Source: Halarcobacter sp.
GTDB taxonomy: Bacteria > Campylobacterota > Campylobacteria > Campylobacterales > Arcobacteraceae
Assembly: GCA_963676565.1 (NCBI GenBank)
Contig: OY781089.1
Coordinates: 3,136,001-3,200,000 of the forward strand
Direction of reading: 5' to 3'
DNA length: 64,000 bases
The translations under genes were made by a program, and so were the position numbers. This document shows positions 60,526 to 64,000 of this stretch, piece after piece. Every line of letters starts with the position of its first letter. The first letter of the stretch is position 1. The notes under the pieces were generated by a model. That model was not told the DNA's origin. It worked only from the letters and a program-made list of their open reading frames with translations, and did no database searches.

Positions 60526-62523
60526 TTATAGAGATTCTAATAATTCATCGAATTTATCAATTTTAAAATCGATTAAATCATCTAAATAAGGTCGATTAAA
60601 GTATTGTGATACACTTCCAAGTTTTAATTCTTGAATCAATTGAACACCAGTTAAAAAATCTGCACTGCTATCTTTTAAAATAGCTTTAATTAAAGAGATT
60701 TGTAAAGATGCTTCATTTAATTTACCTGCTTCTAAATATGCAGCAACAATTAAATACATAGTATATTTATCTTCTAATTTATACTCTTTTTGCAAGTTTT
60801 CAAGGATTTTTAATGATTCTAAAGGCTTTCCTTCATGAAGAAGTGTTAAAGCCTTAGTTCTAAGATATGATGGATTTTCATTCTCATTAAGATTTAAATC
60901 TGCTTTATCAAAAAGACCTAAAGCTTTTAGCAAATCAATGTAATAACTAGTGATTACTATTGGTGCTTGTAAAAAATTACTATTTATTTTTAAAGGGGTA
61001 TTATCTTGTAATCTTGCAAAGTAATTATAATCATTTTCACCATCTCTTCTAATTGTTGATTTAACTAAATAAACAAGAGGATCTTTATAATGATCTTTAA
61101 ATAATGGATGATTGATATCAGCTTTATTTTCAGATAATTTTATTAAGTAATCTAAAGATTTATAAAAAATTGTATCCCTATAATTTAATGGTGCAAATTG
61201 ATTTTCAAATTTTTCATTTATAAAAATTTTATATACTTCCTGACCGAAATATCTATACATACCTTCATCACTTCTAATATTTTGCTCAATATAATCTAAA
61301 TCACTGATCTTTACATTTATTCTACTAGCACTGATTATTGTCATTACTGCATAAAGTTTATTTCCTGGATTTAGTTTGTATGCTTTTGTAAAAAAATTAT
61401 AAGCTTTATGAAAATCATCTATTTGTGCATAACATAAAGCAAGATTATAATATACATAGGAATTAGAATTATCAGTTATATAATCTTTTAATTTATTTAC
61501 CCTTGTAATTGGATCTTCTTTTAATATATCAATAAATCTAGAATTATATTTAACCATTCTCTCAAGACTTTCAACATTTTGCCTGTTTTTAAATATAAAC
61601 CCCTTTGAAATATCATATAAAATCTCTTCATTATCAGAAAAAATAAATGGTGCAAAGTAAAATAAAAAATCTATTTTTCTATTAGTATCAAGCTGAGTTA
61701 CAAATTTTAAGTATTCTTTTGTTGTATATTTATTTTTATTAAAATATATCTCTAAGGGATACTCCAAATTTGTTTTAAAATATTCTTTAACTTTTCTAAT
61801 CTCTTCAATATGTTCTTTTAATTTTTCAAGTTGATTTGATTTTAAATCTCTGTATACCATTAACCATAAAATAATATTTTTTCTTTCAGGGTTTAATGTT
61901 TCAGCCTTTGCTTTTTCAAGTCTTTGTTCTGCACTTGAGTAGTCATGAAGTTTCAAATACAGCATGGCAATTTTAAGCTGCATTGGGAACTCCATTGAGT
62001 TTAGTATTTTTAAAGCCCTTTCATAATCTTTTAAAATAATATATGTGTCTGCTACCATTCTTTTAGAATGTTCCGTTAAATTTTTAAATTTACTTGTAAC
62101 TTCAATAATAGTTTCAAGATATTTTCTTTCTTTTTTTATTTGATAAAGATAAAAACATGTTGAGATATAAGAATATGTATTTGTTCTTTCAGCATCTTTA
62201 AACTCGAAAATATTATTTAAATACAATAAGGCATTTTCTATTTGATTTAATTTATAATATGCTATTCCAATATTTAAAAAAGATGGTATTTTCAATAAAG
62301 AAGAGGTCTCTTTAAATATCTTTATTGCTTCTTTATATTCCCCTTTTTCTAAGTGTAATATCCCTTTATTAAATTCTAATTGTAGTCTAAACTTTTCTTG
62401 AGTTTTTTTTAGATTGTCAAATTTAAAAAGTATCTCAGGTTGAGATTCAGTTAATTCATCTTTTGAAAGTAAATCACTTGAAAATGTTAAAATTATTAAA
62501 AAAACAAATAAAACTTTTCTCAA
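60526..62523 (-). CDS. TPR protein, PflB-like
   Basis: TPR repeats including YYNLALCYAQ..AYKLNP; flagellar context. Confidence 0.65.
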   Translation of the reverse strand: MRKVLFVFLIILTFSSDLLSKDELTESQPEILFKFDNLKKTQEKFRLQLEFNKGILHLEKGEYKEAIKIFKETSSLLKIPSFLNIGIAYYKLNQIENALLYLNNIFEFKDAERTNTYSYISTCFYLYQIKKERKYLETIIEVTSKFKNLTEHSKRMVADTYIILKDYERALKILNSMEFPMQLKIAMLYLKLHDYSSAEQRLEKAKAETLNPERKNIILWLMVYRDLKSNQLEKLKEHIEEIRKVKEYFKTNLEYPLEIYFNKNKYTTKEYLKFVTQLDTNRKIDFLFYFAPFIFSDNEEILYDISKGFIFKNRQNVESLERMVKYNSRFIDILKEDPITRVNKLKDYITDNSNSYVYYNLALCYAQIDDFHKAYNFFTKAYKLNPGNKLYAVMTIISASRINVKISDLDYIEQNIRSDEGMYRYFGQEVYKIFINEKFENQFAPLNYRDTIFYKSLDYLIKLSENKADINHPLFKDHYKDPLVYLVKSTIRRDGENDYNYFARLQDNTPLKINSNFLQAPIVITSYYIDLLKALGLFDKADLNLNENENPSYLRTKALTLLHEGKPLESLKILENLQKEYKLEDKYTMYLIVAAYLEAGKLNEASLQISLIKAILKDSSADFLTGVQLIQELKLGSVSQYFNRPYLDDLIDFKIDKFDELLESL

Positions 62524-62531
62524 AATATAAC

Positions 62532-62873
62532 CTACACCATTGTATTAACTTGAGCATAAAGTTCTTCTGTTCTTTTCTCTAAAAGCTCAACTTCATGTTT
62601 TAATTCTGTATTTTCAAGTTTTAATTTTTGTAAATCATCCCTTGCAACTTGTAAAGTATCTTGATTATTTTTAAGTGTACCGGCACTTACTTTAACTTGT
62701 TTTTCATATCGATCTATTATTGTTTGTAATTTTTTATTTTCTTCTTCTAAAATATTCTTTTCTTCATTTATTTTTCTATATAAAGATTTATAAACATTTG
62801 CACTTGAGAAAAAATATAAAAGTAAAACTCCAATAATAATAATTAGTAAAAAATTATCCAATTTAGTCCTCAT
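62532..62873 (-). CDS. Hypothetical N-terminal TM + coiled-coil protein
   Basis: Hydrophobic N-terminus, heptad pattern. Confidence 0.75.
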   Translation of the reverse strand: MRTKLDNFLLIIIIGVLLLYFFSSANVYKSLYRKINEEKNILEEENKKLQTIIDRYEKQVKVSAGTLKNNQDTLQVARDDLQKLKLENTELKHEVELLEKRTEELYAQVNTMV

Positions 62874-62875
62874 AG

Positions 62876-62903
62876 TAATATAAGAGGAAAACCTCTTATA
62901 TTA
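62876..62903 (-). terminator. Hairpin after flgE
   Basis: TAATATAAGAGG-aaaa-CCTCTTATATTA. Confidence 0.65.
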
Positions 62904-62905
62904 AA

Positions 62906-64000
62906 TTATCTTTTTAAGTTAATTAAAGTATTTAATAACTCATCTGATGTTGTGATAGATTTAGCATTTGCTTCAAATGCTCTTTGAAATACCATTAAGT
63001 TTACTAAACTCTCACTTAAATCTGCTGTAGAAAGTTCTAAGGTTTGACCTTCAATCTTAGCAGTTTTGTCATTATTTAAATTATAAATTGGCTCACCAGA
63101 TTCATTTGTTTTTCTTAATAAGTTATCCCCTGATGGTTCTAGTCCTCTATTGTTATTAAATAAAGCAACAGAGATTTGACCAATAGCAAATTCAGCACCA
63201 TCTTGTTTCATATAGATTATACCTGCACTATCAACAGAAAATTCTCCAAAAGCAGAATCTGAGATTCCTAAGGCATCAAGTTTTAATTGTAAAGAGCTTT
63301 GTGTTGTTGTTTGATCAATTGTATTAACTAATTCAATAAACTCTGCTCCAGCACCTTGTCTCCCACTATAATCATTATTTTTATCTAATGGAGTATAATC
63401 TAAATAAGTAGTATTTGCACCTACTGTATCTGCATTATCGCCTTTAGTTTTCATTGAACCACTAAATTCAACATCATAATTTTCATTTTTAGTTTCAATA
63501 ACAAGATTACCATTAATATTTTTAGCAACTACATAATCTGATAGATTAAATGAACTTGCTGTTTGATTACTACCATCACTTGATAATTTATAATCGTATG
63601 CTGTAGTGCCATTTATTGCTGCAACTATATCATCAATTGATGTTGCATTATTAATAAAAATATCTAATGGAGTTTCAGGAGTTGTTGAACTTAATCCTGG
63701 AACTGGAATTATTTTTTCTAAATCTTTATCATAAATAGTAATTCCATAAGTAAAATCTATAGTAGAACTTCCATCTAATCCAAGATCTGATGGAGTATAA
63801 ACATCTTGTTGTTTACCTGTGATTGCTTTAGCTAATGCATCTCTAGCACTTTGTAAAGCTCCTATTCCTGAACCTTCAACTGCATTTGTACCTGTTTGGT
63901 AAGATCCTGCAACAGTATTATTCCCTGATGATTCACCTACTTCACTAATAGTAAAAGTTTCACCGGGAATTAAAGATTCGATTTGAATCATACCTTTTAT
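62906..64000 (-). CDS. flgE: Flagellar hook protein, C-terminal part (5' end outside window)
   Basis: FNNNRGL..GDNL, LELSTADLSESLVNLMVFQRAFEANAKSITTSDELL; frame open to 64000. Confidence 0.88.
   Translation of the reverse strand: MKGMIQIESLIPGETFTISEVGESSGNNTVAGSYQTGTNAVEGSGIGALQSARDALAKAITGKQQDVYTPSDLGLDGSSTIDFTYGITIYDKDLEKIIPVPGLSSTTPETPLDIFINNATSIDDIVAAINGTTAYDYKLSSDGSNQTASSFNLSDYVVAKNINGNLVIETKNENYDVEFSGSMKTKGDNADTVGANTTYLDYTPLDKNNDYSGRQGAGAEFIELVNTIDQTTTQSSLQLKLDALGISDSAFGEFSVDSAGIIYMKQDGAEFAIGQISVALFNNNRGLEPSGDNLLRKTNESGEPIYNLNNDKTAKIEGQTLELSTADLSESLVNLMVFQRAFEANAKSITTSDELLNTLINLKR

Noticed and set aside
1..64000. CRISPR array, IS transposase, rRNA, tRNA
   Set aside because: None recognised; the only tRNA-like fold is tmRNA

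Overview
AT-rich chromosomal window from a Campylobacterota bacterium, most consistent with Arcobacteraceae (clustered flagellar genes, tmRNA tag ANNTDYAPAYAKAA; genus is inference). Left to right: two tandem ppk2 genes, one with an unusual N-terminal extension; a carboxy(nor)spermidine operon with an unannotated rubredoxin and an ERIC-like palindrome; tmRNA followed by a small islet with vestigial att-arm-like repeats; a 12 kb cluster joining glucosylglycerate synthesis and phosphorolysis (gpgP, glycerate kinase, gpgS, GH13_18 phosphorylase, galU) to Entner-Doudoroff genes (zwf, pgl, edd, eda, pgi) with no glucokinase or sugar transporter; a cytochrome c peroxidase/PAS-GGDEF-EAL pair; fur/feoAB; housekeeping genes (bpt-like, trpA, panB, ruvB, clpSA, bioD); an FTR-rhodanese fusion, a BLUF protein and a tethered cytochrome c; and a ~22 kb flagellar cluster running off the right end. 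All calls are motif recognition by eye; no searches were run.
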